From positions 1,376,001 to 1,440,000 of the forward strand of contig CAXXLQ010000004.1 of assembly GCA_963668695.2 (NCBI GenBank): a DNA stretch of 64,000 nucleotides. Direction: 5' to 3'. Below are positions 48,536 through 58,367 of the stretch, in pieces (position 1 is the first letter of the stretch; every line of letters begins with the position of its first letter). Both the position numbers and the translations under genes were made by a program. The DNA is from Vicinamibacteria bacterium. Lineage in GTDB: Bacteria > Acidobacteriota > Vicinamibacteria > Marinacidobacterales > Marinacidobacteraceae. The notes beneath the pieces are model-generated. The model was not told where the DNA came from. It saw only the letters and a program-made list of their open reading frames with translations, and did not search any database.

Positions 48536-51430
48536 TCAGAAGGTAAGTCGCGCCGAGAACCCGATGGTTCTGCCTTTCAGATAGTCCACGACTCTCTGAT
48601 AGGGCACGACGGAATCCAGGATCTGGAAGTTGGTGATCGTGTTCGCGTTCAGGGCGTTGAAGAAATCCAGAATGATCTGCACCCGCGTCTGGTCCCCCAA
48701 GGGGAATGACTTGTCCATTCTGAAGTCCACGACTGTCACATTGTCGGATCGCTCAGAATTCGCTGCGGCCAGCCATGAGTAAACAGTCAGCTTACCGCCG
48801 TAGAGAGTATTCCGGTGCGTCGGTGAGTAGTTGAACCCGCTGATGTAGCGCATGGTGCCGGCCAAGCCGATCTCATACGGCAGAACGTAGCGCGCCGAAG
48901 ACTTCAACTGGAACGTGGTCGTCTTCTGGACGGTCGCAATGTCCTGGTCGTAGTTAATGAACCAGCCCTGTGCCGTCGGATCCGCCGAGAGCGGATTGCG
49001 GGCCGCCCACGAAGTGGACGAAGTTCCGGGGCTCCGGGGCTCCGAGCGCCACTGGTAGTCGAAGTAGACGTTGTAGAAGAAATTGTTCCGGAACCGTTTG
49101 TTCAGTGCGAGCGACAGGTTGTGGAAGTCCATGTTGCTCTCTCCGGCTGGGTGGTTCATCGTCAGGTTGTCCGATTTGCCCGCGAGTTCTTCCGGCATCA
49201 CCAGGTAGTTGAACGACCGGCTGTAGCCGGCCGGGCAGCCTTCGCAGGCCGAAAGCGTGATGGGCGTGTTCCGGCTGTTGAGTTGAATCTGGTTCAGCCC
49301 ACTCGACCAGGTATTCCGCATGCGTTTGTACACATAGGAAAGTCGGGTTCCGAGATCGGCGGTCAACTCATGTTCCACCGAAGCACTGACTTCGTCGGCA
49401 TAGGGAAGCGACCAGTTCGAGTCAATCGGAGTACCTGATCCTGCGCCGGCGCTGAAGGAGAGCTCGTCACCCAGTTCCGCGGTGGAATCGAGCACCGCAT
49501 TTCCATTCAGGTCGTTGAAGAGGTACCGAGCGGATGCCTGTCCTCCTGGGTTTGCCGAGCTGAGTCCCGTGCCGACATTCGAGTAGTACCGTCCGAAGTA
49601 CGCCTTGAAGACCGAGGATCCCTCGCCCGTCAGGTCATAGGTGAAGCCCACGCGCGGTGCGACATTCCAGTGCGTGTATGCGGTGGCTCCGGGGACGGCG
49701 ACGCCGGATCCGAAAACCTCGGTCAGGATCTGACTCTGGTCGCCTGGTAGTTCGAACTGGCAATTGAGCACATCCTGGCAGGCGGTTCCTGGGGAGTTGT
49801 CAGAAGACAGGTAACTCAGGGCCTGACTCCCGACGCGGAATCCAAGAGTTACCGTCAATCTGTCGTTGACGGTCCAGGTGTCCTGGGCGAACAAGTCCCA
49901 ATGCGTGTTCCGATTGTCGACGAGGTTTGGAACTCCGACAAGATTGACCTGATAGACGCCGTTGGGGTTGCCCTGGGTTGGGTCGTCGCGATACTGGAAG
50001 GCTCCCGAGTTCGTGTTCCAGCCCGAAAGCTCGCTGTCAATCTGCCAGTCCCAGCCGAACTTGAAGTCATGGCTTCCATCACCGATCGGGACGTAGTAGT
50101 TGAACTGACCGGTGCTCTGCGGCTTCCAGCGGTTGCGAGTGAACGGCTGCCAGCCGGCGCCCGAACGGACGCTGTTCGTCAGATTGATTCGGGGTTCGTT
50201 GCCGTTGATCGGGTCCGCCTTCGGCGTCATCGGCCAGGTCGTGCCCATGTGGCCGACCATCATGTTGCTGTAGAGCCGGTCACTCCAAACGCGCTGCCAT
50301 TCGGCCTTGTGGAGCCAGATCCAGTAATCCTGGGCGAGCACCGATGCGGCCGGAATCGTGCTTGAAATGCTCCGATTGGGCTTGCGCTTCCAGGACCAGG
50401 TGGAAAAGCCGATGAACTGGTCGCGCTCGGTGATCTGATAGTTCAGCTTGGTGGTGAAGATGTCGAAATCGCCGATGTCGGTGCCGGTGTCGATCGGCTG
50501 CCCGGACACGGCGGTGTCAATGAAGAAGTTGTTGTACGCCACGTAGAACCACGCCTTGTCCCGGACGATCGGGCCGCCGAGGTCCAGATGGAACTCGTAG
50601 AACTTGAGCACCGGAGCCGCCGAGGCGCCGCGGGCGTCCAGCTCGCTGTCGAAGTTGTCGGCGATCATGTCCTCGGGGTTCCAGGCGCCGCTCTGGAGGC
50701 CGGAGAAGTCGTTGCCACCGGTCTTGACGGTGGTCTGGATCTGCGCTCCCGGGGTGGACATTTCCACATCGGCGCCCTGGGCAGAGACCTGGAACTCCTC
50801 CATGGCGTAGTAGTCGTAGTAGCCGCCAGCGGAGCCGGAGCCCTCGGTGGTGTTCACGCCCTCGTAGAGGACCCGGTTCTGGCTGCGCACCCCGAAGGTC
50901 TCGTACATGGACTGCTGGCTCTTGTGGGAGCCGCCAACGTCGTAGCCCTGGACCCGAATTCCCGGGCTCTGGTGCAGCACCGCCCACATGTCGGTGGCCG
51001 TTGGCACTTCGTCGAGCTGGGTCTTGTCGAAGGTCGCCGCCACTCCGGTGGACTTCACGTCCACTACCGGCGATTCGCCGGTCACCGTGACCGTCTCGGC
51101 CACCGTGGCGATCTGCATGTCGGCGTTCACGCTGAACGTGGCGCCGGTGACGACCCGGATGTCTTCGAACAAAATGGTCTGGAAACCGCTCAGTTCGAAC
51201 TGGATGTTGTAGTCGCCTGGGGGCAGCGCCGGGAACCGGTACGAACCGTCCACGTCGGTGGTCGCGTTCCGGCCGCCGATGATGGCCTCACCCGAGAGGG
51301 TGACGGACACTCCGGGGAGGGCGAGTCCCTGGGCATCGCGCGCCGCACCTTCAAGGCGTCCGTACTGCTGCTGGGCAAGTGCCGGGACGGCAAACGCCAC
51401 GAGCAGAAGAGCGAGAAGAATCTTTCTCAT
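48536..51430 (-). CDS. Oar-like TonB-dependent receptor (TBDR3)
   Basis: Paralogue; AAGGAGG RBS; ends RLTF. Confidence 0.9.
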   Translation of the reverse strand: MRKILLALLLVAFAVPALAQQQYGRLEGAARDAQGLALPGVSVTLSGEAIIGGRNATTDVDGSYRFPALPPGDYNIQFELSGFQTILFEDIRVVTGATFSVNADMQIATVAETVTVTGESPVVDVKSTGVAATFDKTQLDEVPTATDMWAVLHQSPGIRVQGYDVGGSHKSQQSMYETFGVRSQNRVLYEGVNTTEGSGSAGGYYDYYAMEEFQVSAQGADVEMSTPGAQIQTTVKTGGNDFSGLQSGAWNPEDMIADNFDSELDARGASAAPVLKFYEFHLDLGGPIVRDKAWFYVAYNNFFIDTAVSGQPIDTGTDIGDFDIFTTKLNYQITERDQFIGFSTWSWKRKPNRSISSTIPAASVLAQDYWIWLHKAEWQRVWSDRLYSNMMVGHMGTTWPMTPKADPINGNEPRINLTNSVRSGAGWQPFTRNRWKPQSTGQFNYYVPIGDGSHDFKFGWDWQIDSELSGWNTNSGAFQYRDDPTQGNPNGVYQVNLVGVPNLVDNRNTHWDLFAQDTWTVNDRLTVTLGFRVGSQALSYLSSDNSPGTACQDVLNCQFELPGDQSQILTEVFGSGVAVPGATAYTHWNVAPRVGFTYDLTGEGSSVFKAYFGRYYSNVGTGLSSANPGGQASARYLFNDLNGNAVLDSTAELGDELSFSAGAGSGTPIDSNWSLPYADEVSASVEHELTADLGTRLSYVYKRMRNTWSSGLNQIQLNSRNTPITLSACEGCPAGYSRSFNYLVMPEELAGKSDNLTMNHPAGESNMDFHNLSLALNKRFRNNFFYNVYFDYQWRSEPRSPGTSSTSWAARNPLSADPTAQGWFINYDQDIATVQKTTTFQLKSSARYVLPYEIGLAGTMRYISGFNYSPTHRNTLYGGKLTVYSWLAAANSERSDNVTVVDFRMDKSFPLGDQTRVQIILDFFNALNANTITNFQILDSVVPYQRVVDYLKGRTIGFSARLTF

Positions 51431-51475
51431 GGTCCCTCCTTCAGGGGAGCGTATAAGGAACAGGAAACTAATTGG

Positions 51476-51490
51476 GCAAGAAGCGTGCCA
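51476..51490 (-). promoter_or_regulatory. sigma54 -24/-12 promoter of TBDR3
   Basis: TGGCACGCTTCTTGC, a perfect TGGCACG-N4-TTGC consensus, 45 nt before ATG. Confidence 0.8.
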
Positions 51491-51701
51491 TGGAACGGGC
51501 CGTGCCGCGAACGTCGGAAAGCGCCTTTTTTCAACACGATGTAGTGAGTTGTGGCGGCCCCTTTCACGGCTCGATCCAAAATTTTAGATCCAGCGGTGCC
51601 GGTGGGGAACCGCGCCCCAACGAGGATGTTCGCGGCTCCGGATGCTCGGTCTCGGACTGCCGTCCGGAGGTGCCGTCCCGCCCCCTCGATCGGCGGCAAA
51701 C

Positions 51702-51740
51702 AAAAAAGGCCCGCCGGCTTCCGGAGAAGCCGACGGGCCT
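51702..51740 (-). terminator. Hairpin terminator after TBDR4
   Basis: aggcccgccggcttc-cgga-gaagccgacgggcct with a T6 tail on the minus strand. Confidence 0.82.
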
Positions 51741-51770
51741 CGGGGTCCTGGTGGGATCCCTCTCAGCAGG

Positions 51771-54662
51771 TTAGAAGGTAAGCCTCACCGAGATCCCGAC
51801 GGTGCGTCCCTTGAGGTAATCCACGATCCTCTGATACGGGACCACCGAGTCAAGCATCTGGAAGTTCGTGATCGTGGCCGCATTCAGGGCGTTGTACAGA
51901 TCAAAGATCGCCTGCACCCGCATTGTGTCTCCGAGCGCGAATGACTTGTCCACTCGCAAGTCAATCACGGTCACGTTGGCCGAGCGATTCTCGTTCATGT
52001 ATCCGAGCCACATATATGGCTTCAGGGCGCCGTCGTACAGATTGAGCCGATGGGTTGGAGCGAAGTTGAAACCGCTGATGTAGCGGTAGGTGCCGGCCAG
52101 CCCAATCTCATACGGGAGCATGTAGCGCGCCGACGACTTCAACTGGTAGGTGCTCGTTTTCTGAATCGTCGGGATGTCCTGGTCGTAGTTGATGAACCAC
52201 CCCTGCGCGGTCGGATCCGAGGAAAGGGGGTTTAGCGCCCCCCACGAGGTCGAGGAAGTTCCCGGGCTTCGGGGCTCGGTGCGCCACTGATAGTCGAAGT
52301 AGATGTTGTAGAAGAAGTTGTTTCGGAACCGCTTGTTCAGCGCCAGCGACAGGGTGTGGAAGTCCATGTCGCTCTCCCCCGCCGGGTGATTCGTCGTCAG
52401 GTTGTCGGACTTGCCCACGAGATGTTCAGGGGGCACCATCAGGTTGAACGACCGGCTGTACCCGGCGGGGCACCCGTCGCAGGTCGCAACGGTGGCTGCC
52501 GTGTTCCGGTTGTTGAGCTCAATCAGGTTGACGCCGCTCCAGGTGTTCCGCATCCTCTTGTACACATAGGAAACCCGCGCCCCGAGATCGGCGGTCACCT
52601 CGTGCTCCAGGGAGGCGCTCAACTCGTCGGCGTAAGGCAACGACCAGTCCGAATCGATGGGAGTTCCGGAGCCGGCCCCGGCCGCGAACGCAAGCTCTTC
52701 GCCCAGTTCGGAAATGTCGTCCAGCACCGCGTTCTGGTTCTGGTCAAGGAACCGGTAGGTGCCGGATGCCTGACCGCCCGGATTCGCCGAGGACAGCCCG
52801 GTCCCGACGTTCGAGTAGTAGCGCCCGAAGTACGCCTTGAACACCGAGGAACCCTCACCGGTCAAGTCGTAGGTGATGCCGACCCTCGGCGCGAGGTTCC
52901 GGTGGGTGTACACAGTACCGCCGGGAATCGTTCCACCCTCGCCGAACACGCCCCGCAGAACTTCGCTCTGGTTGGCTGGGAGTTCAAACTGGCAGAGCAG
53001 CGCTTCGTGACAGGCGCCACCCGGTGAGTTGTCGGATTCCAGGTAGGAGAGCTGCTGGCTGCCGAAACGGACCCCGAACAGGACCGTGAGCCGGTCGTTC
53101 ACCGTCCAGACGTCCTGAGCGAACAGGTCCAGATGCATGTTCCGGTCGTCGGTCAAGTTGGGGACGCCGATGACCGCGACGCGGTCTACATTGTGCGGCC
53201 GCCCCTCCGAGGCGTCGTCGAAATACCGGAATGCGCCGGAGTTGGAGTTCCACCCGAAGAATTCGGAGTCAATCTGCCAATCCCACCCGAACTTGAAGTC
53301 GTGACTTCCGGAGCCGATCGGTATGTAGTAGTTGAACTGCCCGGTGCTCTGCGGCTTCCAGCGCTTGCTCGTGAACGGCTGCCATCCGGCGCCCGACCGA
53401 ACGCTCGTCGTGGCCTCGATCCGCGGCTCGTTTCCGTTGATCGGGTCGCCCTTCGGGACCATCGGCCAGACGGTGCCCATGTGGCCGATCATCATGTTGC
53501 TGTAGAGCCGGTCGCTCCAGACACGCTGCCACTCGGCCTTGTGCAGCCAGATCCAGTAGTCCTGCCCAAGAACCGATGCGGCCGGAATCGTGCTGGAAAT
53601 GTTCCGATTGGGCTTGCGCTTCCAGGACCAGGTGGAGAACCCGATGAACTGGTCGCGCTCCGTGATCTGGTAGTTCAACTTGGTCGTGAAGATGTCGAAG
53701 TCCCCGATGTCGGTGCCGAGGCTCTGGTCCTGCCCGGAAACCGCGGTGTCGATGAAGTAGTTGTTGTAGGCAACGTAGAACCACGCCTTGTCCCGGACGA
53801 TGGGGCCGCCGAGATCGAGGTGGAACTCGTAGAACTTGAGCACTGGCGCCGGGGAGCCGCCGCGGGCCTCGAGTTCGCTCGAAAAGTTGTCGCCGATCCA
53901 GTCCGCCGGGTTCACGTGGCCGCTCTGGAGGCCGGAGAAGTCGTTGCCGCCGGTCTTGACGGTGGTCTGGATCTGAGCCCCCGGGGTGGACATCTCCACG
54001 TCGGCGCCCTGAGCCGAGACCTGGAATTCTTCCATCGCGTAGTAGTCGTAGTACCCGCCGGCGCTGCCGGAACCCTCGGTGGTGTTCACTCCCTCGTAGA
54101 GGACCCGGTTCTGGCTGCGCACGCCGAAGGTCTCGTACATGGACTGCTGGCTCTTGTGCGAACCGCCCACGTCGTAGCCCTGGACCCGGATTCCCGGGCT
54201 CTGGTGCAGCACCGCCCACATGTCGGTGGCCGTCGGCACTTCGTCGAGCTGGGTCTTGTCGAAGGTCGCCGCCACTCCGGTGGACTTCACGTCCACTACC
54301 GGCGATTCGCCGGTCACCGTGACCGTCTCGGCCACCGTGGCGATCTGCATGTCGGCGTTCACGCTGAACGTGGCGCCGGTGACGACCCGGATGTCTTCGA
54401 ACAAAATGGTCTGGAAACCGCTCAGTTCGAACTGGAGCAGGTAGTCGCCCGGGGGCAGCGCCGGGAACCGGTACGAACCGTCCACGTCGGTGGTCGCGTT
54501 CCGGCCGCCGATGATGGCCTCACCCGAGAGGGTGACGGACACTCCGGGGAGGGCGAGTCCCTGGGCATCGCGCGCCGCACCTTCAAGGCGTCCGTACTGC
54601 TGCTGCGCGAGCGCCGGGACGGCGAACGCCACGAACAGAAGAGCGAGAAGAATCTTTCTCAT
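51771..54662 (-). CDS. Oar-like TonB-dependent receptor (TBDR4)
   Basis: Paralogue; AAGGAGG RBS before ATG 54662; ends RLTF. Confidence 0.9.
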   Translation of the reverse strand: MRKILLALLFVAFAVPALAQQQYGRLEGAARDAQGLALPGVSVTLSGEAIIGGRNATTDVDGSYRFPALPPGDYLLQFELSGFQTILFEDIRVVTGATFSVNADMQIATVAETVTVTGESPVVDVKSTGVAATFDKTQLDEVPTATDMWAVLHQSPGIRVQGYDVGGSHKSQQSMYETFGVRSQNRVLYEGVNTTEGSGSAGGYYDYYAMEEFQVSAQGADVEMSTPGAQIQTTVKTGGNDFSGLQSGHVNPADWIGDNFSSELEARGGSPAPVLKFYEFHLDLGGPIVRDKAWFYVAYNNYFIDTAVSGQDQSLGTDIGDFDIFTTKLNYQITERDQFIGFSTWSWKRKPNRNISSTIPAASVLGQDYWIWLHKAEWQRVWSDRLYSNMMIGHMGTVWPMVPKGDPINGNEPRIEATTSVRSGAGWQPFTSKRWKPQSTGQFNYYIPIGSGSHDFKFGWDWQIDSEFFGWNSNSGAFRYFDDASEGRPHNVDRVAVIGVPNLTDDRNMHLDLFAQDVWTVNDRLTVLFGVRFGSQQLSYLESDNSPGGACHEALLCQFELPANQSEVLRGVFGEGGTIPGGTVYTHRNLAPRVGITYDLTGEGSSVFKAYFGRYYSNVGTGLSSANPGGQASGTYRFLDQNQNAVLDDISELGEELAFAAGAGSGTPIDSDWSLPYADELSASLEHEVTADLGARVSYVYKRMRNTWSGVNLIELNNRNTAATVATCDGCPAGYSRSFNLMVPPEHLVGKSDNLTTNHPAGESDMDFHTLSLALNKRFRNNFFYNIYFDYQWRTEPRSPGTSSTSWGALNPLSSDPTAQGWFINYDQDIPTIQKTSTYQLKSSARYMLPYEIGLAGTYRYISGFNFAPTHRLNLYDGALKPYMWLGYMNENRSANVTVIDLRVDKSFALGDTMRVQAIFDLYNALNAATITNFQMLDSVVPYQRIVDYLKGRTVGISVRLTF

Positions 54663-54709
54663 GGTCCCTCCTTCAACGGGATGAGGCAAGGGATGTGAAC
54701 TCGGAATCC

Positions 54710-54724
54710 GAAACGGATACGCCA
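54710..54724 (-). promoter_or_regulatory. Degenerate sigma54-like motif of TBDR4
   Basis: TGGCGTATCCGTTTC at the same distance from the start as in TBDR2/3, but -12 reads TC rather than GC. Confidence 0.4.
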
Positions 54725-54899
54725 TCATGGTTTCTTGCCGCGCGTCCTCTGTTCCAAGGTTTTCCAGCAGGTTGAAGCTGCGGACGGCAAATCGGATCAG
54801 CCAACGGTTCCGGAATCCAAATTCGGGGACCGATCATACGACTGAGCGTTGGCCGAAGTCCAGCGAGTCTCGATCCGCGCCGCCTCCGCGCCTCGCGGC

Positions 54900-56474
54900 T
54901 CAGCGGAAGGCGGGTTCCGGCATCGCCTGGCGCAGCATCCCCAGGAAGTCCGGTCGCAGTTCGGCGCCCAGCCGACGACCTTCGTGGGCCACCTCCCAGG
55001 CGCCCTCGAAATTCCCGGTGGAGGCGAGCGTCGCGGCGAGCCCCAGGCGGTAATCCCCACGGAACGGCTCCTTGCCGACCGCGATCCGGAAATGCCGGAT
55101 CGCCTCGCCGAACTGGCGGTTCGCCGCGAGCACCTGGGCGATCGAGTCGTGCGTTCCCGCCCGCTCCGGTTCCTGTTCGAGGGCCCTCCGAAACCAGCGG
55201 AGCGCTTCAGGCCTCCTGCCGTCGAGCGCCGCGATGCTGCCGAGGCTGGAGAGCGCTCCCGGGTGGTTCGGCTGGACTTCGAGCGCGTGCAGGCAGCGCC
55301 GCTCCGCCTCGTCCAGGTTCCCCGCCTGCGCGAGGACGATGCTCGAGTTGATCAGCGCCGAGACGTGGTCGGGATTCTTCTCGAGCGCCGTGGTCCAGGC
55401 GGCGAGCGCCTCTTCGTTTTTTCCCTGCCGGGAGAGGTTGTTCCCGAGGTTGTAGTAAAGATCGGCGGCGTCCGGACGTGACCGGATCATTTCCCTGAGC
55501 AGGCGCTCCGCGACTTCCGGACGACCGGCCCCCTCGGCGGCGAAGGCGCGCCGCTCCTTTCCGATGACCGAGACGGCCACCTGGTTCACGGCGTCGATGA
55601 GCGGATCGCTGATCAAGAGGTCGTGGTCGAGACCACGCGCCCGTTCCGCGGCCGCCCGCGCCCTCTCGGCGTCACCGGTGCGGCGGTACACCCGGGCGAG
55701 CGCCGCGGCCACCGCGCCGGATTCCGGAGCGAGCGCCTCCGCCTGCTCCAGCAGGGGCAGCGCCTCCTCGAGGTTTTCGTCCCCCGCGAGCAACCGTCCC
55801 AGCCGGAAGCTGGCGGCCGCGGTGTTCGCCGGGGCAGCGCGGGTTCCGCCCATCCGGTCGAGCGCCTCTCGATAGTGCGCCTTCGCGGTCTCGGGGTCGC
55901 CGCGATCCTCGGCAATCTGTCCGGCGAGCAGGTAGGCGGGCGCGTAGTCCGGGTTCAATCCGATCGCGTCCAGGGCAGAATTCTCGGCGGCCTCCGGATC
56001 CAGCCGCCAAAGCGACCTGGCGCGCAGGTAAGGGAATCGGTAGTCCTCTTCCGCCAGTGCGGCGGCGGCGCTGTAGGCCGCGGCCGCTTCCCCCTGGAGT
56101 TCGTGCGCGAGGAAGACCGTTCCGAGTGCCGCCCAGCGGTCCGGGGAATCGGGTTCCTCGAGCAGTGCGCTCCTTGTCCGGCGGATCACCTCGGCGACCT
56201 CGGGTTCCATCCGGGAAAGATCAGGGTCCGGAGGTTCGGGAAGGTCCGGGCCCGCGCGCAGAACGAAAAGGAGGGCGATTGCCACGATGACGGCGAAAGC
56301 CCCGAGCCACCGGGAGAGCGGTTTTCTGCCGCTCGACGCGTCCTGAACCGCTTCGCGAGATCCCGTCTCCCGCCCGTGGGTCCGACTTGCGGTCTCGCGA
56401 GCCTGCCTTGGTTGCGGTCGACCCGCTCGCGCCTTCTCCGGTCGCTGTCTCCGAGGCTGCCGGGATCGGGCCAT
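54900..56474 (-). CDS. Membrane-anchored TPR protein
   Basis: Basic N-terminus, one TM helix, many TPRs (YYNLGNNL, HPGALSSLG). Confidence 0.87.
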   Translation of the reverse strand: MARSRQPRRQRPEKARAGRPQPRQARETASRTHGRETGSREAVQDASSGRKPLSRWLGAFAVIVAIALLFVLRAGPDLPEPPDPDLSRMEPEVAEVIRRTRSALLEEPDSPDRWAALGTVFLAHELQGEAAAAYSAAAALAEEDYRFPYLRARSLWRLDPEAAENSALDAIGLNPDYAPAYLLAGQIAEDRGDPETAKAHYREALDRMGGTRAAPANTAAASFRLGRLLAGDENLEEALPLLEQAEALAPESGAVAAALARVYRRTGDAERARAAAERARGLDHDLLISDPLIDAVNQVAVSVIGKERRAFAAEGAGRPEVAERLLREMIRSRPDAADLYYNLGNNLSRQGKNEEALAAWTTALEKNPDHVSALINSSIVLAQAGNLDEAERRCLHALEVQPNHPGALSSLGSIAALDGRRPEALRWFRRALEQEPERAGTHDSIAQVLAANRQFGEAIRHFRIAVGKEPFRGDYRLGLAATLASTGNFEGAWEVAHEGRRLGAELRPDFLGMLRQAMPEPAFR

Positions 56475-56478
56475 CGTC

Positions 56479-56550
56479 TTCAGCGGGGCTGGCCTTTTCA
56501 GCGGGGCTGGCCTTTTCAGCGGGGCTGGCCTTTTCAGCGGGGCTGGCCTT
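56479..56550. repeat. 4x18-bp perfect tandem repeat ttcagcggggctggcctt
   Basis: Units at 56479, 56497, 56515 and 56533; the last contains the CRTAC1 stop codon. Confidence 0.95.
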
Positions 56551-58225
56551 CGCCCTTCCGCAGGCTGACGGTATCGCTCTCGGTCCCGAGGAAGGTTTCG
56601 CGGTTCCCATCCGGCCAGACGACCTCGAATTCGATCACCTTGTCGTTCGGCGGGACGGCGAAGAACGCGCGGGGATCGCCGCTCGCCAGGTAGCCTCCGC
56701 CCGGGTCGGCCCGGCGGACGGCCCGCCGGCCGCCTTCGAAGACTGCAGTGACCACCGTGGGGAAGGCCGCCGTCCCCGCCGCGTCGAGCGTGCTGACGCG
56801 GAGCGGCGCTCCCTGCTTCGCGAAATCGTTCCGGTAGAGCCGGGCCGGCCCCTCGGCGTTGGCAAGCAGCAGGTCGAGGTCGCCGTCTTCGTCGTAGTCA
56901 GCGAGTGCGAGGCCCCGGCTCACCTCGATGACCGTGGAGAAATCGCCGGAACCGTCGAAGGCGGTGAACAGGGCGTCGGTTCCCTGGGTTCCGCCGTTGC
57001 GGAAGACCTGGTTCGGCTCGCCGAACACCTTCCAGAAGGCGTCGCCGAGCGCCCCCGGAAGGGCGGACTTTTGTTGTACCCGTCCGTTCGCCACCACGAG
57101 ATCCAGGGCCCCGTCGAGGTCGAGATCCGAAAAGCCCACGCCGAAACCGGTCATCGCCATGCTCGCCGGCCCGAGACCCGAGGGGCCGGTGCGGTCGGCG
57201 AAGGAGAGGCCGAGGTCGGCTCCGTCGCTCCGATAGAGGGTGTTCGTCTCGTCGGCGACGTGGGTGATGAAGAGGTCGAGGTCGAGATCGGCATCCACGT
57301 CGCCGAGCGCGATGCCCATCCCGGCTTCGGGCCGTCCGGCGTCGTTCAGGGCGACTCCCGCGAGGAAGGCGTCATCGGCGAAGCCGTCTGCTCCCTGGTT
57401 CAGCCAGAGCTGGTTCGCTTCCCCGTCGTTCGCCACGTAGAAGTCGAGGCGGCCGTCCCCGTCGAAGTCGTGGCAGACCACTCCGAGGCCGGGGGCGTGG
57501 ACCGTGCGCAGTCCCGCGGCGAGGGACACGTCTTCGAAACGCCCGCCGCCGAGGTTCCGGTAGAGGTAGTCATGGGAGCCGGGGAAGACCTGGGGGCTGC
57601 AGTAGTCCTGACTGCCGTCCTGTTGGGTGCAGTGCTTGGCCGGGTCGTTCCGCACGTAGCGGGCTACGTAGAGGTCGAGCCGTCCGTCGGCGTCGTAGTC
57701 GCAAAACGCCGCCGAGGAGGACCATCCCTGGCCGGCGACGCCCGCGGATGCGGTCGCGTCTTCGAAGCGGCCGTCGCCCAGACTCCGGTACAAGACGTCC
57801 GGACCGTAGTTCGTGACGAACAGATCGGTCCGGCCGTCGCCGTCGAAATCCGCGGCCGCGAGTCCCATGCCGTACCCGGTATCCGCCGTGCCCGAAGAGT
57901 TGCTCGCATCCACAAAGCGTCCCGGAGTCTCCTGTAGGTAGAGGGCGTTCCCCGGAGCTCCGGCCCGCGGACCGGCCGGATCCGCCGGACGGCCGCCCTG
58001 GAGCAGATAGATGTCGAGATCCCCGTCTCCGTCGGCGTCGAAGAACCCGGCTCCCGCGCCGGTGATCTCGGGCAGTGAGAAGTTGCCTTCGTCGCCCGCG
58101 TCGTGGACGAAACGGATGCCCGCTTCTTCGGTGACCTCGGTGAATCCCTGCGCGCTCGCGAAGCCGGAGCCCCAAAGGACGATGCCGAGCGCCGCCATGA
58201 AGTGTGTTCCCGCGCGGCGGCTCAA
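56534..58225 (-). CDS. CRTAC1/ASPIC-UnbV family secreted protein, second copy
   Basis: DADGDGDLD, DFDGDGRTD, DYDADGRLD blades; GGGYLASGDPR..F, VVWPDG. Start is TTG 58225 or ATG 58198. Confidence 0.9.
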   Translation of the reverse strand: MSRRAGTHFMAALGIVLWGSGFASAQGFTEVTEEAGIRFVHDAGDEGNFSLPEITGAGAGFFDADGDGDLDIYLLQGGRPADPAGPRAGAPGNALYLQETPGRFVDASNSSGTADTGYGMGLAAADFDGDGRTDLFVTNYGPDVLYRSLGDGRFEDATASAGVAGQGWSSSAAFCDYDADGRLDLYVARYVRNDPAKHCTQQDGSQDYCSPQVFPGSHDYLYRNLGGGRFEDVSLAAGLRTVHAPGLGVVCHDFDGDGRLDFYVANDGEANQLWLNQGADGFADDAFLAGVALNDAGRPEAGMGIALGDVDADLDLDLFITHVADETNTLYRSDGADLGLSFADRTGPSGLGPASMAMTGFGVGFSDLDLDGALDLVVANGRVQQKSALPGALGDAFWKVFGEPNQVFRNGGTQGTDALFTAFDGSGDFSTVIEVSRGLALADYDEDGDLDLLLANAEGPARLYRNDFAKQGAPLRVSTLDAAGTAAFPTVVTAVFEGGRRAVRRADPGGGYLASGDPRAFFAVPPNDKVIEFEVVWPDGNRETFLGTESDTVSLRKGEGQPR

Positions 58226-58367
58226 AGCCCGTTCAGTATAGGGAGGCAGGATATGGAGGCAGGTCAAGATATTCGCCGGAACCGACCTCCCCGACCAGAC
58301 GTTAGATCGGTGCAAGGGCAATGGGGCGCCGCGGCGCGGCCCGGCGTTCCGCAAGGGAGAGCACTCG

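Noticed and set aside
45241-54662. Diversity-generating retroelement acting on the receptors or M20 pair
   Set aside because: No reverse transcriptase in the window; differences are spread across whole genes, largely synonymous and not visibly adenine-specific.
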